DNA of 58,844 bases from Eubacteriales bacterium (GCA_045535095.1 JAZSKY010000043.1:1-58844), one strand, 5' to 3'. Shown: positions 27,545 through 37,053, counted from the stretch's first letter. Numbers and translations are program-made. The notes: generated from the letters alone by a model not told the origin.

Positions 27545-29782
27545 ATGGCAAAGAAAAAGGTAAGTAAGGAATATAAAGCAGACGAGGTAGTAGCACCGAT
27601 AGTCGATCAGCCCATAACCGAAACGGTAGAGAAGAACTATATGCCGTACGTTATGAGCGTTATCATTTCGCGTGCTATCCCCGAAATAGACGGATTCAAG
27701 CCCGCACACAGAAAGGTGCTTTACACGATGTACAAGCAGGGACTTCTCACGGGACCGCGTACAAAAAGTGCCAACGTTGTCGGACAAACGATGAAGATTC
27801 ACCCTCACGGAGACGCGTCCATATACGATACTCTCGTGCGCCTTACAAGAGGACACGAGGCGCTGCTTCACCCCTTTGTTGACTCAAAGGGAAGCTTTGG
27901 TAAGCATTACAGCAGCGAAATGGCGTACGCCGCTCCCCGTTATACCGAGGTAAAGCTCGATCCCTTCTGCGCAGAAATATTCAAGGGAATAGATAAAACC
28001 GCGGTCGAGATGGTGCCTAACTACGATAATACGATGGTTGAGCCCGTCCTTCTTCCCACAAGCTTCCCGAATATTCTCGTTTCGGCGAATATGGGTATCG
28101 CGGTCGGTATGGCGAGCCGTATCTGCTCGTTCAACCTCTCCGAGGTGTGCGACGGCGCAATTCAGGTGCTTCGCAACCCCAACACCGATGCAGACCAGAT
28201 GCTCGATATAATCAAAGCTCCCGATTTTCAGGGCGGCGGATATATCATCTACGATAGAAAGCAGCTTTCCGATATATATTCGACAGGTCGCGGAAGCTTC
28301 ACTATGCGCGCAAAGTACGTTTACGATAAATCGTCCAACTGTATAGACATTATCGAAATTCCGTACTCTACCTCGCTTGAAGCGATAATGAAGCGCCTCA
28401 CCGAGCTCGTTAAAAACGGAAGCCTCAAGGAGGTCTCCGACTTCAGAGACGAGATCGACCTCAAGGGCTTTAAGCTCACGCTTGACTTGAAGCGCGGCGT
28501 TGATCCCGATAAGCTTATGAATAAGCTTTACAGACTTACTCCTCTCGAGGACGATTTCTCGTGTAACTTCAACGTGCTTATTGATAGCGTACCGAGACAG
28601 ATCGGCGTTGTTGAGATACTTAAAGAGTGGATACGCTTCAGAATGGGATGCGTACGCCGCGAGCTTAGCTTCGACCTCGGAAAGAAGGAGGAAAGACTCC
28701 ACCTTCTCGAGGGACTTCGCGAGATCCTTCTTGATATTGATAAGGCAATCAAGATCATTCGTGAGACGAAAAACGATAAGGACGTAGTCCCCAACCTTAT
28801 GCAGGGATTCAGAATCGACGAGATTCAGGCAGAGTTTATCGCGGAAATAAAGCTCCGTCACTTAAACCGCGAGTATATAATCTCTCGCCTTGACGAGATA
28901 AAGAAGCTCACCGAGGATATTGCCGAGCTTAAAGACCTTATAAACAGTGATGCAAAGCTCAAAAACTATATTGCAAAGCAGCTTAAGGAGATCAAGGCTA
29001 AATACGGCAAGGAAAGACGCACCGACCTCATTTACGCAGAGGATATAGTAAATGAGCCTGAAGAGGTAGTTGTCGATACAACTCCCGTTCATATCGTTCT
29101 CTCGAAGGAGGGATATTTCAAGAAGATCTCGATGCAGTCTCTTCGCGGAAACGACGAGCAGTCCTTCAAGGACGGCGACTCGCTCCGAGTTGAGGAGGAC
29201 GCAACCAACGGAGACGATATAATCTTCTTCACCGATAAGGCGCAGTGCTATAAGACCAACGCATCGGCATTTGACTATACCAAGGCGTCCGCCCTCGGCG
29301 ACTTTGCAGCCGCAAAGCTCGGTATGGATAAGGACGAAAAGGTAGTCTATATGAAGGCGATCTCGGGCAATGACTATTCAAAGGGCAACTTTATGTTCTT
29401 CTTTGAAAACGGAAAGGGTGTAAAGGTTCCCGTACTTGCTTACGAGACCAAAACTAACAGAAAGAAGCTCGTCGGAGCCTTCTCGGACGCATCTCCGATA
29501 GTTTCGATCATATACGAGAGCGCACCCACCGAAATTCTTATGATCTCGAATGCAAAGAGGGGAATAGTTATAAGCAGTAACCTCGTTCCCGTAAAGGCGT
29601 CGAGAGCATCGCAGGGCGTATCCCTCTTCACTCTCAAGGGCGGACAGAAGCTCACAACCGTTATGACCGACTTTGCAGATAAATTCAAGAGCGCAAAGTC
29701 TCTGAAAAAGATAAAAATTCCCGCAGTTGGAATCGCAATAGACGAGTACGACGCGGAAAAACAGCAGATACAGCTTATCTGA
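27545..29782 (+). CDS. parC: Type IIA DNA topoisomerase subunit A, ParC-like (no GyrA box)
   Basis: DGFKPAHR, HPHGD, AAPRYTE catalytic Tyr; no QxRGGKG box in the shortened C-terminal domain. Confidence 0.8.
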   Translation: MAKKKVSKEYKADEVVAPIVDQPITETVEKNYMPYVMSVIISRAIPEIDGFKPAHRKVLYTMYKQGLLTGPRTKSANVVGQTMKIHPHGDASIYDTLVRLTRGHEALLHPFVDSKGSFGKHYSSEMAYAAPRYTEVKLDPFCAEIFKGIDKTAVEMVPNYDNTMVEPVLLPTSFPNILVSANMGIAVGMASRICSFNLSEVCDGAIQVLRNPNTDADQMLDIIKAPDFQGGGYIIYDRKQLSDIYSTGRGSFTMRAKYVYDKSSNCIDIIEIPYSTSLEAIMKRLTELVKNGSLKEVSDFRDEIDLKGFKLTLDLKRGVDPDKLMNKLYRLTPLEDDFSCNFNVLIDSVPRQIGVVEILKEWIRFRMGCVRRELSFDLGKKEERLHLLEGLREILLDIDKAIKIIRETKNDKDVVPNLMQGFRIDEIQAEFIAEIKLRHLNREYIISRLDEIKKLTEDIAELKDLINSDAKLKNYIAKQLKEIKAKYGKERRTDLIYAEDIVNEPEEVVVDTTPVHIVLSKEGYFKKISMQSLRGNDEQSFKDGDSLRVEEDATNGDDIIFFTDKAQCYKTNASAFDYTKASALGDFAAAKLGMDKDEKVVYMKAISGNDYSKGNFMFFFENGKGVKVPVLAYETKTNRKKLVGAFSDASPIVSIIYESAPTEILMISNAKRGIVISSNLVPVKASRASQGVSLFTLKGGQKLTTVMTDFADKFKSAKSLKKIKIPAVGIAIDEYDAEKQQIQLI

Positions 29783-29807
29783 CACATAAATAAAGGAGGA
29801 ATGATAG

Positions 29808-31586
29808 ATGGCAGGATCAAACGGAAATAAACCCGATATGAAAAAGCTCCTCGTGCGAATTATCGCAGGCTTTCTCGGGTTTCTGATGATTTTTTCTATC
29901 ATCGTAGTGGCAGTGCAGTCGTATGCAAACACGGCGATCGACCTGAAAGATGGCGATGAAATAGACGTCGGTCTGTATTACGGCAGCTTCCTTGCCGAAA
30001 GCTTTACCGCAGATGCAAGTAAGGGATTTCGCATAGAAATCCCTTACGGCGAGGGCTTTCTTTCCTTCGATGATGCGGACGGCATCAAGAGCGTGTCGAT
30101 AGCAAACGGAGAAAACCTCACCAAGACCGAAAGCTCGTTCAGACGCGCAGAGGAGGGTGCAGGTGTATCTGTCGGCGGATATAGAGTTATGCTCTCGTCC
30201 TATTCAACGAAGGTCGGATCAAACGATAAAAACGATAACATAATCCCGTTCAGACCTACGGGCGAAACAACGGGAACCTTCAATGCAGAAAACATAAGAG
30301 GATATATCGAAAGAATCTCCTCGACCGTCAAAAAGCTCGATAGCTACGCCGTTCCTGCGTATATTGACGGACAGTTTTACATCTGTCTCGGCGGCTTTGC
30401 AAACGCAGAGATAGCCGAGAATTTTCTCGACGCCTTCAAGGCTTCGTATAACTGCGAGGCAATAGTTACCTCTCCCGATAAGAAGGTCTATTCGGTAATC
30501 GACTATAAAACGGGAACTCTTCTTTGCCACCTTTCGGGAATAGACGCGCTCTATCTCACACCGGTTGCAAACGAGAATTTCAAGTCCTCCTCGGGCGGAA
30601 CCTATTACGGACGCCTCCGTTTTGAAAACAGCGGAGAGGGCTTTAAGGTGGTAAACACTCTTTATATGGAGGAGTACGTTGCATCGAGACTTTCCTCCGA
30701 GGTCGATACTGCCGCGTGGAATCCCGAGGCGTTAAAGACGGTCGCGAGCGTTATAAGAACGAATGCGTACGGCTCGCTGAACGAAAAATCGTCGCATAAC
30801 GCAGACGGCTTTGACCTTTGCGCGGACGCTCATTGCGGAATTTATCACGGATGCGGAAACGTGGACGAAAATGCAAAAAATGCGGTACTTTCCACGAAAA
30901 ACATAGTAATAAAGAGCGAAGGAAACCTCATAAACGCCCTTTACGGAACGACCTACGGCGGCGCAACAGTCTCCCTTGAGGACGCCTATGGCGCCTCTGT
31001 CGCAGGCAGAGGAAAGTATCTCTCCGAGGTACTTGCCGCGTGGGAAAACTACGAAAACAGACAGGGCGGCAGATGGACGGGCGAGATAAGTCCTCAGGAG
31101 CTTTACGAGATACTCTCTGTCAGAATGCCCGATTGCCCCTTGCGAGGAAACGTAGTCAAGGTCGAGGCGCTTGAGCGCTCGGAAAGCGGACTTTACGTCA
31201 CGAAGATCGAGTTTACCGATATTTTTGAAAATAAGCTGACGGTCAGCGGAAGCGAGACGATAAGAAATCTTCTGACCGGCGTAGTTGAAAGCGCGAACTT
31301 TGTAGTTGGCGTTGCAGGCAGCGAAACGCTTGAGACCGCTCTCGTTTATAACGTTGATACGCACGAGACTGCAAAGGCAGAGTCTCCCGTTAATTTCAGC
31401 GGTGCTTACGGCAATTTTGTGTTCGTAGGACGCGGACAGGGAAGCGGACTCGGAATGAGCCTTAACGGAGTAAATGACCTCGCAAATAAGGGGTATTCGT
31501 ACGAAAACGCCTATATCGATATTATCAAGATATACTATAAGGACGTAAGCGTTGAAACGCTTGTTACCGAAGAAGGCGCGATGTGA
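29808..31586 (+). CDS. Membrane-anchored SpoIID/LytB-domain protein (divergent)
   Basis: N-terminal TM; EEYV....SEV...W.PEALK; FDLCADAHC; terminal GRGQGSGLGMS variant of the G.GHG.GMSQ motif. Confidence 0.8.
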   Translation: MAGSNGNKPDMKKLLVRIIAGFLGFLMIFSIIVVAVQSYANTAIDLKDGDEIDVGLYYGSFLAESFTADASKGFRIEIPYGEGFLSFDDADGIKSVSIANGENLTKTESSFRRAEEGAGVSVGGYRVMLSSYSTKVGSNDKNDNIIPFRPTGETTGTFNAENIRGYIERISSTVKKLDSYAVPAYIDGQFYICLGGFANAEIAENFLDAFKASYNCEAIVTSPDKKVYSVIDYKTGTLLCHLSGIDALYLTPVANENFKSSSGGTYYGRLRFENSGEGFKVVNTLYMEEYVASRLSSEVDTAAWNPEALKTVASVIRTNAYGSLNEKSSHNADGFDLCADAHCGIYHGCGNVDENAKNAVLSTKNIVIKSEGNLINALYGTTYGGATVSLEDAYGASVAGRGKYLSEVLAAWENYENRQGGRWTGEISPQELYEILSVRMPDCPLRGNVVKVEALERSESGLYVTKIEFTDIFENKLTVSGSETIRNLLTGVVESANFVVGVAGSETLETALVYNVDTHETAKAESPVNFSGAYGNFVFVGRGQGSGLGMSLNGVNDLANKGYSYENAYIDIIKIYYKDVSVETLVTEEGAM

Positions 31587-31593
31587 ATTTAAT

Positions 31594-31626
31594 AAAAGCC
31601 GAAGCATAGCTTCGGCTTTTTGTTTT
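31594..31626 (+). terminator. Intrinsic terminator
   Basis: AAAAGCCGAAGC-ATA-GCTTCGGCTTTT followed by a T tract. Confidence 0.8.
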
Positions 31627-31699
31627 GAATTTTTGAAAATATTGATAATTGCAAATTATATTCGCAGTAACTATCTAAGGCGCCCATCCGCGCCGAAGC

Positions 31700-31987
31700 C
31701 GCCGCAAGCGGCGCCGTGTCATTTGCCGAGGCAAATGACCTCCGATTTATATACATCGGGGAAAACCGCGAAGCGCCTAACAGAAACGACAAAGAACAGA
31801 AGATTTACCCTCTGTTATTTCGCGCTGTGGCGGGGGAAACCCGATACCTTCGGTATCGCCTCGCTATTTGCGCAGCAAATAGCATAGCGCCACGAAGTGG
31901 CGTATTTCGTTCTTTGCGAGACGGAGCACATTTTGCAGAGCAAAACTGCCAGCCGATGCTTGCATCGGGTTTCTGTCGACACAGAAA
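31700..31987. repeat. Cluster of short GC-rich palindromes (REP-like insert)
   Basis: Nine hairpins in ~290 nt, e.g. GTCATTTGC-CGAG-GCAAATGAC, CGATACC-TTC-GGTATCG, GCTATTTGC-GCA-GCAAATAGC, CGCCAC-GAA-GTGGCG. Confidence 0.65.
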
Positions 31988-32063
31988 GTCGGAAGAATAC
32001 TGCACAAATGAGTTTTCGTGTGTTCGCACCGAATCATTCCGTCTGTACAAGAAAAACTAAAAC

Positions 32064-32095
32064 AAAAACTCACTACCTCTCGGTAGTGAGTTTTT
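32064..32095 (-). terminator. Terminator of the 6S RNA (bidirectional shape)
   Basis: AAAAACTCACTACC-TCTC-GGTAGTGAGTTTTT. Confidence 0.75.
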
Positions 32096-32100
32096 CTTTC

Positions 32101-32328
32101 TATCGGGCCCCGCTTATGCCGTGGGTCAAGAAATATAACCCTGCTCTCGTCAGGGTGGTGTCCTCTCCGGTGCTTTACGGTGCTCCCAACGTCCCTTGAA
32201 AACCGTGACTAAGGCAGGGCTTAAAAGGGGAGGTCTGCACTCCGGCTCGGAAGTTTATCCGGACTCCAATATCAGTTTGTAGGTTTATTTACCTGACAGT
32301 TTCCACGAGCAAAGCAGGATGCCCGATA
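32101..32328 (-). ncRNA. ssrS: 6S RNA
   Basis: On the minus strand the 5' and 3' ends pair into a long interrupted closing stem (UAUCGGGC/GCCCGAUA, CCUGCUU/AAGCGGG, CGUGG/CCACG), with a central bubble, a small 3' hairpin (CCCUG..CAGGG) and a terminator downstream. Confidence 0.8.
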
Positions 32329-32335
32329 ACAGATT

Positions 32336-32361
32336 ATTCGGAAAGATGCCGGAAAATACCT
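32336..32361 (-). promoter_or_regulatory. Sigma-H-like promoter for the 6S RNA
   Basis: Minus strand AGGT-18 nt-GAAT (consensus AGGA-N17/18-GAAT), ~7 nt upstream of the predicted 5' end. Confidence 0.4.
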
Positions 32362-32457
32362 TGCAGAGCCCGGCATCTTCCTTTTTTCTTTCCATAATTA
32401 TTGTTTGCAGTAAAAGTGATTTTAAAAGCGGAAATTTCTTCCGTTTTTACGCTGTTT

Positions 32458-32775
32458 TTACGCGTCGTAGTCTATCTCGGAGAAGAGAAGATCGTCGAAA
32501 ACGTCTGCGATTCTGTCGTACTCCTCATCGTCCTCGATGGTGCAGAGAGAAACGTCTCCGTTTTCCTCTTCCTCAACCTTGAGAATAACGTACTCCTCAG
32601 CCTCGGAGCCGTCCTCGTTTACGGGAGCAAGCGCGTAGTAGATCGATCCGTCGTCCGCCTGATAGGTCTCGATAAGCTCGAACTTGGACTCGGTGCCATC
32701 CTCCTCGTCGGTAAGGGTAAGTATGCCGAATTCCTCTTCGGGAAGCTCAGCGCCATTCTTTATTTCTTCGCTCAT
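32458..32775 (-). CDS. DUF1292 family protein
   Basis: Acidic 105 aa protein, LTLTDEEDG...YYALAP...IEDDEEYDRIADVF; RBS AAGGA. Confidence 0.9.
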   Translation of the reverse strand: MSEEIKNGAELPEEEFGILTLTDEEDGTESKFELIETYQADDGSIYYALAPVNEDGSEAEEYVILKVEEEENGDVSLCTIEDDEEYDRIADVFDDLLFSEIDYDA

Positions 32776-32874
32776 ATTATCAGTTTCCTTTCTGAATATT
32801 TCTATATTCATTTTACACTATTTTTTTCTCCATGTCAACGCCTTTCGGAGAATTTGTTTGCTTAAATAAAGATA

Positions 32875-32907
32875 AATAACGGAAGGCACGCGCCTTCCGT
32901 TATTTTT
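32875..32907 (-). terminator. Intrinsic terminator (bidirectional)
   Basis: AATAACGGAAGGC-ACGC-GCCTTCCGTTATT. Confidence 0.7.
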
Positions 32908-32925
32908 GTAAAGCTCTTTTGCGCC

Positions 32926-33144
32926 TTAGTCCTCTGCGCTGTCAAGAATGGGCGTTCTTTCTCTGAAAAGAAGAGAGATGCACCAGATAGCGGCAACTCC
33001 GACGAGAGAGTAGATTATTCTGCTTCCCACAGAGTCCTGACCGCCGAAAATCCACGCTACGAAATCGTAACCGAAGAAGCCGATGCTACCCCAGTTGAGT
33101 CCGCCGACGATAGAGAGGAAAAGGGCTATTCTGTCTATAATCAT
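32926..33144 (-). CDS. DUF378 family small membrane protein (YuzA-like)
   Basis: IVGGLNWG..G.F..D.V..IFG....SRIIY.LVG signature; RBS AAGGAAGG. Confidence 0.9.
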   Translation of the reverse strand: MIIDRIALFLSIVGGLNWGSIGFFGYDFVAWIFGGQDSVGSRIIYSLVGVAAIWCISLLFRERTPILDSAED

Positions 33145-33195
33145 TTTTTCAGACCTTCCTTTTAATATGCGCGAAAATATATCGTTTCGCAAGAT

Positions 33196-33224
33196 TATTT
33201 TGCTCATAGAATAATAAATTATTC
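33196..33224 (-). promoter_or_regulatory. Sigma-G-like (forespore) promoter of the DUF378 gene
   Basis: Minus strand GAATA-17 nt-CAAAATA, matching GnATA-N17/18-CA(T/A)AnTA. Confidence 0.35.
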
Positions 33225-33252
33225 GTGCTTTTTTGCAGGGAAGTTTTGCAAA

Positions 33253-33279
33253 AAAACGGCAGACCGAAGTCTGCCGTTT
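33253..33279 (-). terminator. Intrinsic terminator
   Basis: AAACGGCAGAC-CGAA-GTCTGCCGTTT (UUCG loop and U tract on the minus strand). Confidence 0.75.
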
Positions 33280-33291
33280 AAAAAATATTTT

Positions 33292-34326
33292 TTATTTTGC
33301 TGCCTCAGAATCCTCGCCCTGAGTCTCGTCCTCGAGAGGCTCAAGTATCTCGGAGCCGAAGGTTATGTCGATCCCGCCTGCCTTGACCTCAATCGACATA
33401 GTGCCTGCGCACTTGCCGAAAAGCTCCTCAGGAGATTCGTCCTTTTGTCCGACAGGTACGGTGTTTTCGATTATCTCACCCTCGGTGATAACTATCTTGC
33501 GGAAGTAGCAGGAGCGATCGTATTTCGTGCTTATTGCGAAGCTTCCGTTTTCGATCTCAACGCCCATATTTCTGAAATCGGAGTTGAGAAGAGAAATGTT
33601 CGACGATGCGGTATCTACCGTAAGGTTTTCTGCAGTTACACCGCTTGCTGTGAAGCTCGTTTCAGTCGCAACGTACTCAAAGCTCTGGAGGGTCGCGTCA
33701 CCGAGAGTTATCTCGGAGCCCGAGCCTGCAACGGTGAGAGAGTTTGCCGCGATAGCGCTCATTTCAAGCGTGCTGTCGTAAGCGCTTACGCTGATGTCAC
33801 AGTCCTTTGCTATGTCGGTAAAGCGCATGCTCGATCCGTCTGCACAGGAAAGGCTGATCTTGGAAATGTCAGCGTCAGCGGCGAGATAAATGTGGATCTC
33901 CTGCGCGCCTGCCGACGTGTCGTAGTTAAAGAAGGAACGAAGCGTTTTCCATACGCCGCTGAACTTTACTCCCGTACCGCTGAAATTGAGGTAGTCGAGA
34001 AGGGAAACCTTGTTGGAAACGTTGAGAACCTTTTCGCCTGCTGCCGCGATATAGGTGTTTTCATTGAAGTTTACAAGCTCAACGAGCGATTTCTTTGCGT
34101 TTCCGTGGATCTCAACCTTGCAGTCCTCAACCGATACGTTTACAGACGTGAAGGTCTGACCCTCGAGAGAAATTCGTGTGATAACGTCGCCGTCCTCGTT
34201 GACCGAGGTGTTTCCGTCGATAGCGGCATCGCTTGGAGCCATATCTCTTGCCTTAGCGCAGAGGATATATCCGCTGACGATAAGCACGAGTGCGATAAAT
34301 ATACTGATTATTGAAGATGCTTTCAC
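33292..34326 (-). CDS. DUF4097-like beta-strand repeat membrane-anchored protein
   Basis: N-terminal TM helix followed by alternating beta-repeat sequence; overlaps the upstream DUF1700-like gene by 4 nt. Confidence 0.65.
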   Translation of the reverse strand: MKASSIISIFIALVLIVSGYILCAKARDMAPSDAAIDGNTSVNEDGDVITRISLEGQTFTSVNVSVEDCKVEIHGNAKKSLVELVNFNENTYIAAAGEKVLNVSNKVSLLDYLNFSGTGVKFSGVWKTLRSFFNYDTSAGAQEIHIYLAADADISKISLSCADGSSMRFTDIAKDCDISVSAYDSTLEMSAIAANSLTVAGSGSEITLGDATLQSFEYVATETSFTASGVTAENLTVDTASSNISLLNSDFRNMGVEIENGSFAISTKYDRSCYFRKIVITEGEIIENTVPVGQKDESPEELFGKCAGTMSIEVKAGGIDITFGSEILEPLEDETQGEDSEAAK

Positions 34327-35168
34327 AGAAGATCACATCCTTTCTTTGCCTTTTCGGAGAGACGTCTCAAGCGGACCACGATCAGCTTGAAGATGACTGC
34401 GGCCTTTTCAAGAACCCAAGGAATAAGTCTTATTGCTACGTTGTAAAGAAGAACGGACGAAAGTAAGGTTGCACCGATAACGATAAGCGCAAATCCGATC
34501 TCGTGGATACCGACGTATCTCGGAACCTGCATTACCTGCGTTGCGCCGTATATCAGGGCAACTATGGATACGAGTCCGCCACCGCAAACTATCATAATAA
34601 TTGCGGCAACTATCGCAATAACGAGTGCGGCAAGCGCGAAATAGATCGAGCAGAGCGCGGTGATCACAACGAACGCCGCAAAGAGTATCAGCGGGAAGGA
34701 AAGGAAGGTGAGAATGGTGAAAAGAAGGGAAGGGGTGTTGTCCTCAACCTTTTTCAGAAGCACCTTCAGGAAGGAATCTGCCTCGCCGTCCGACTTTTTC
34801 TTATGGCTGACTGTCGGGGTCATATCGAAGGTTACCACGTCGTCCTCTTTTTCTGCGGGAGTCTCGTAAACGATCTCTTCCTCGGCAGCCTGAACCTCAA
34901 GAGCTATCGTGGGAGCGTCAACTCCGTCACTTTCCTCTTCCTCGATAGGCTCGCTTTCGGGAATCTTCGTTCTCGAGAGGTATTCCTCCATAGCAGAGTG
35001 AACGAGCATATTTACGTTGTCCTCGTTGGCGAATTTTGCAAAAGCCTCGTCCGAAAGAGGTGTGATCTTTTCGGAAACGAGATCGCTTTGCTCGCGTACG
35101 AAATCTGCAGATGCGTTCTGGGCAGTCAGTGCGCCCTCAAACGCCTCCAAAAATTGCTGTTTGGTCAT
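34323..35168 (-). CDS. DUF1700-like membrane protein
   Basis: MTKQQFL N-terminus, acidic linker, several C-terminal TM helices; paired with a DUF4097-like gene. Confidence 0.6.
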   Translation of the reverse strand: MTKQQFLEAFEGALTAQNASADFVREQSDLVSEKITPLSDEAFAKFANEDNVNMLVHSAMEEYLSRTKIPESEPIEEEESDGVDAPTIALEVQAAEEEIVYETPAEKEDDVVTFDMTPTVSHKKKSDGEADSFLKVLLKKVEDNTPSLLFTILTFLSFPLILFAAFVVITALCSIYFALAALVIAIVAAIIMIVCGGGLVSIVALIYGATQVMQVPRYVGIHEIGFALIVIGATLLSSVLLYNVAIRLIPWVLEKAAVIFKLIVVRLRRLSEKAKKGCDLL

Positions 35169-35296
35169 TGCGGCCTCCTTGCTAAAATACGTAAAATTTT
35201 GTCGTTTGACAAAAATATTTGAAAATATACTTGAATATTTTACTGAAAATGTTATACTGTTACTTGTGAAATAAAAACCGAAAGGAATTTTCAGTT

Positions 35297-35920
35297 ATGA
35301 GAATGAGAAAAAAGAAGAACAGCGAGGCGAGACTTGAGGCCTGCGCCGATCTTATTATAAACAGTCCTGAAGAGATGGGAATATTCAGCGACAAATTTCC
35401 GATCTATCTTGAGATAGGCTGCGGAAAGGGCGGATTTATCAGAGATACTGCTAAAAGGTATCCCGAGCGCACCTTCGTTGCCGCAGAGCTTCAGACCTCG
35501 GCTATCATCACCGCTCTTGAAAACTCAAAGGCGGCAGAGCTTGGAAACGTTAAGTTTATGAACGTAAACGCTCTTATGCTCGGTGAATATTTCAAAAAGG
35601 GAGACGTTAAAGAGATCTATCTCAATTTCTCCGATCCGTGGCCGAAGAAGGGACATACCAAGCGTCGCCTTACCTACCGCGCCTTCCTTGACGTTTACAA
35701 GAGTATTCTTGCAGATGACGGAAGAATCGTTATGAAAACCGATAACGACGGACTTTTTGAGTTCTCGCTCGAGGAGTTCCGCGAGTGTGGCTGGACTCTT
35801 GAGAGAGTCACCTACGACCTTCACTCCGAGGAGTGGGCAAGGGACAATATCATGACCGAGTACGAGAAGAACTTTACCGCGCAGGGTATCAAGATCAAAT
35901 CGCTCGTTGCCCGTCCTTAA
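35297..35920 (+). CDS. trmB: tRNA (guanine-N7)-methyltransferase
   Basis: LEIGCGKG, LNFSDPWPK..H.KRRL, KTDN, MTEYE. Confidence 0.97.
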   Translation: MRMRKKKNSEARLEACADLIINSPEEMGIFSDKFPIYLEIGCGKGGFIRDTAKRYPERTFVAAELQTSAIITALENSKAAELGNVKFMNVNALMLGEYFKKGDVKEIYLNFSDPWPKKGHTKRRLTYRAFLDVYKSILADDGRIVMKTDNDGLFEFSLEEFRECGWTLERVTYDLHSEEWARDNIMTEYEKNFTAQGIKIKSLVARP

Positions 35921-36348
35921 TCCTTTTTGAAGATACTTACGTATTCTCCGCGACTTTCTTCCTTTGCGCCCTTCTTTCGCTTCTTACCGATAAGAATGTA
36001 AAGGGGAGAAGAGATCGCGTAAATGAAGAGGAATACGAATACCATAACCGGCGTTCTGTGTCCGAGCGAGTATCCCGCAAGACCGAGACAGATAAGCGCC
36101 GAAAGAAGTGTTGCAAAGAAATGGCAGAGAACTCTTACTGCGAACTTTATCTTGACTATCTCAAAAATGAGATCGCATACGCAGAGGCAGATCGCAAACA
36201 GAAAGAGGATAGCTGAGTTTTTAAGCGGGATAGCAGGGACGAGAGTACCCATCGCGCCCGACAGTATAAGAAGCAGAAAATAAAGCACCGAGAATATGGC
36301 ACACGCATTAGACAGAGTCTTTTTTGCGATGCTCCAATACTTTTTCAC
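35917..36348 (-). CDS. Hypothetical 4-TM membrane protein
   Basis: GTG start after AAGGAGG; four hydrophobic segments and a basic C-terminal tail. Confidence 0.75.
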   Translation of the reverse strand: MKKYWSIAKKTLSNACAIFSVLYFLLLILSGAMGTLVPAIPLKNSAILFLFAICLCVCDLIFEIVKIKFAVRVLCHFFATLLSALICLGLAGYSLGHRTPVMVFVFLFIYAISSPLYILIGKKRKKGAKEESRGEYVSIFKKD

Positions 36349-36558
36349 AGATCTTGTCCTCCTTTTTCGTAAAGCCTTCTGCAAGGGTGTTCATATTATT
36401 ATAACACATATTTTCAACTTTTCAAGTAGAAAAGCGCAAAAATTACATATTGTTAAAAAATAGCGGCAAAAATTCCCGTGACGGACTCTCCATCGCGGGA
36501 TTTTTTTGCGCGTATAAATATTATAATTATAATATAATGCAAAAATTCACAATATTTA

Positions 36559-36587
36559 TTGACATATTGAGAAAAAGGGTGTATAAT
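36559..36587 (+). promoter_or_regulatory. Consensus sigma-A promoter of the nusB operon
   Basis: TTGACA-17 nt-TATAAT. Confidence 0.8.
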
Positions 36588-36635
36588 AATACAGAATATG
36601 CAAATTTATGCAAAAAATATTTTCTGAGGATTATT

Positions 36636-37052
36636 ATGACAAGAAGAGAAGCACGCGAGACACTGTTCAAACTCATCTACGAAAGACCCTATCACAAGGA
36701 GGAAGCTCCCGAGGATACTCTCACGAGAGAGACCGAGGAGCTCGGTATTGACGACGCTTACGTCAGCGCAGGATTTGTCGGCACGTTTAATAATATCGAC
36801 GAGATCGACGCGCTCATCAGCGAAAACTCTATCGGCTGGAAGATAAACCGTCTTTCCAAGGTATCGCACGCAATAATGAGACTTGCCTGCTACGAGATGC
36901 TCTATACAGACCTTCCCGTAAATATTGCTATCAACGAGGCAGTGGAGCTTGCAAAGAAATACGATCACGATCAGGCGCCCTCCTTCATAAACGGAATACT
37001 TAACACGATAGCCGATAAGAAGGGCCTTAAAGACAAGCCGGAGAACGCATAA
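36636..37052 (+). CDS. nusB: Transcription antitermination factor NusB
   Basis: MTRREARE, W.I.RL, IAINEAVELAKKY, FINGIL. Confidence 0.96.
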   Translation: MTRREARETLFKLIYERPYHKEEAPEDTLTRETEELGIDDAYVSAGFVGTFNNIDEIDALISENSIGWKINRLSKVSHAIMRLACYEMLYTDLPVNIAINEAVELAKKYDHDQAPSFINGILNTIADKKGLKDKPENA

Positions 37053-37053
37053 T

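Noticed and set aside
31552-32199. Several overlapping 67-114 aa ORFs on both strands
   Set aside because: They cross terminators, the palindrome cluster and the 6S RNA; no RBS or protein-like features.
32101-32328. RNase P RNA, tmRNA or riboswitch as alternative identity
   Set aside because: Too short for rnpB or ssrA, lacks their conserved motifs, and end-to-end pairing with a central bubble fits 6S RNA.
36468-36507. Terminator-like hairpin in the divergent promoter region before nusB
   Set aside because: No upstream gene on either strand to terminate and no further structure; too little to call an sRNA.
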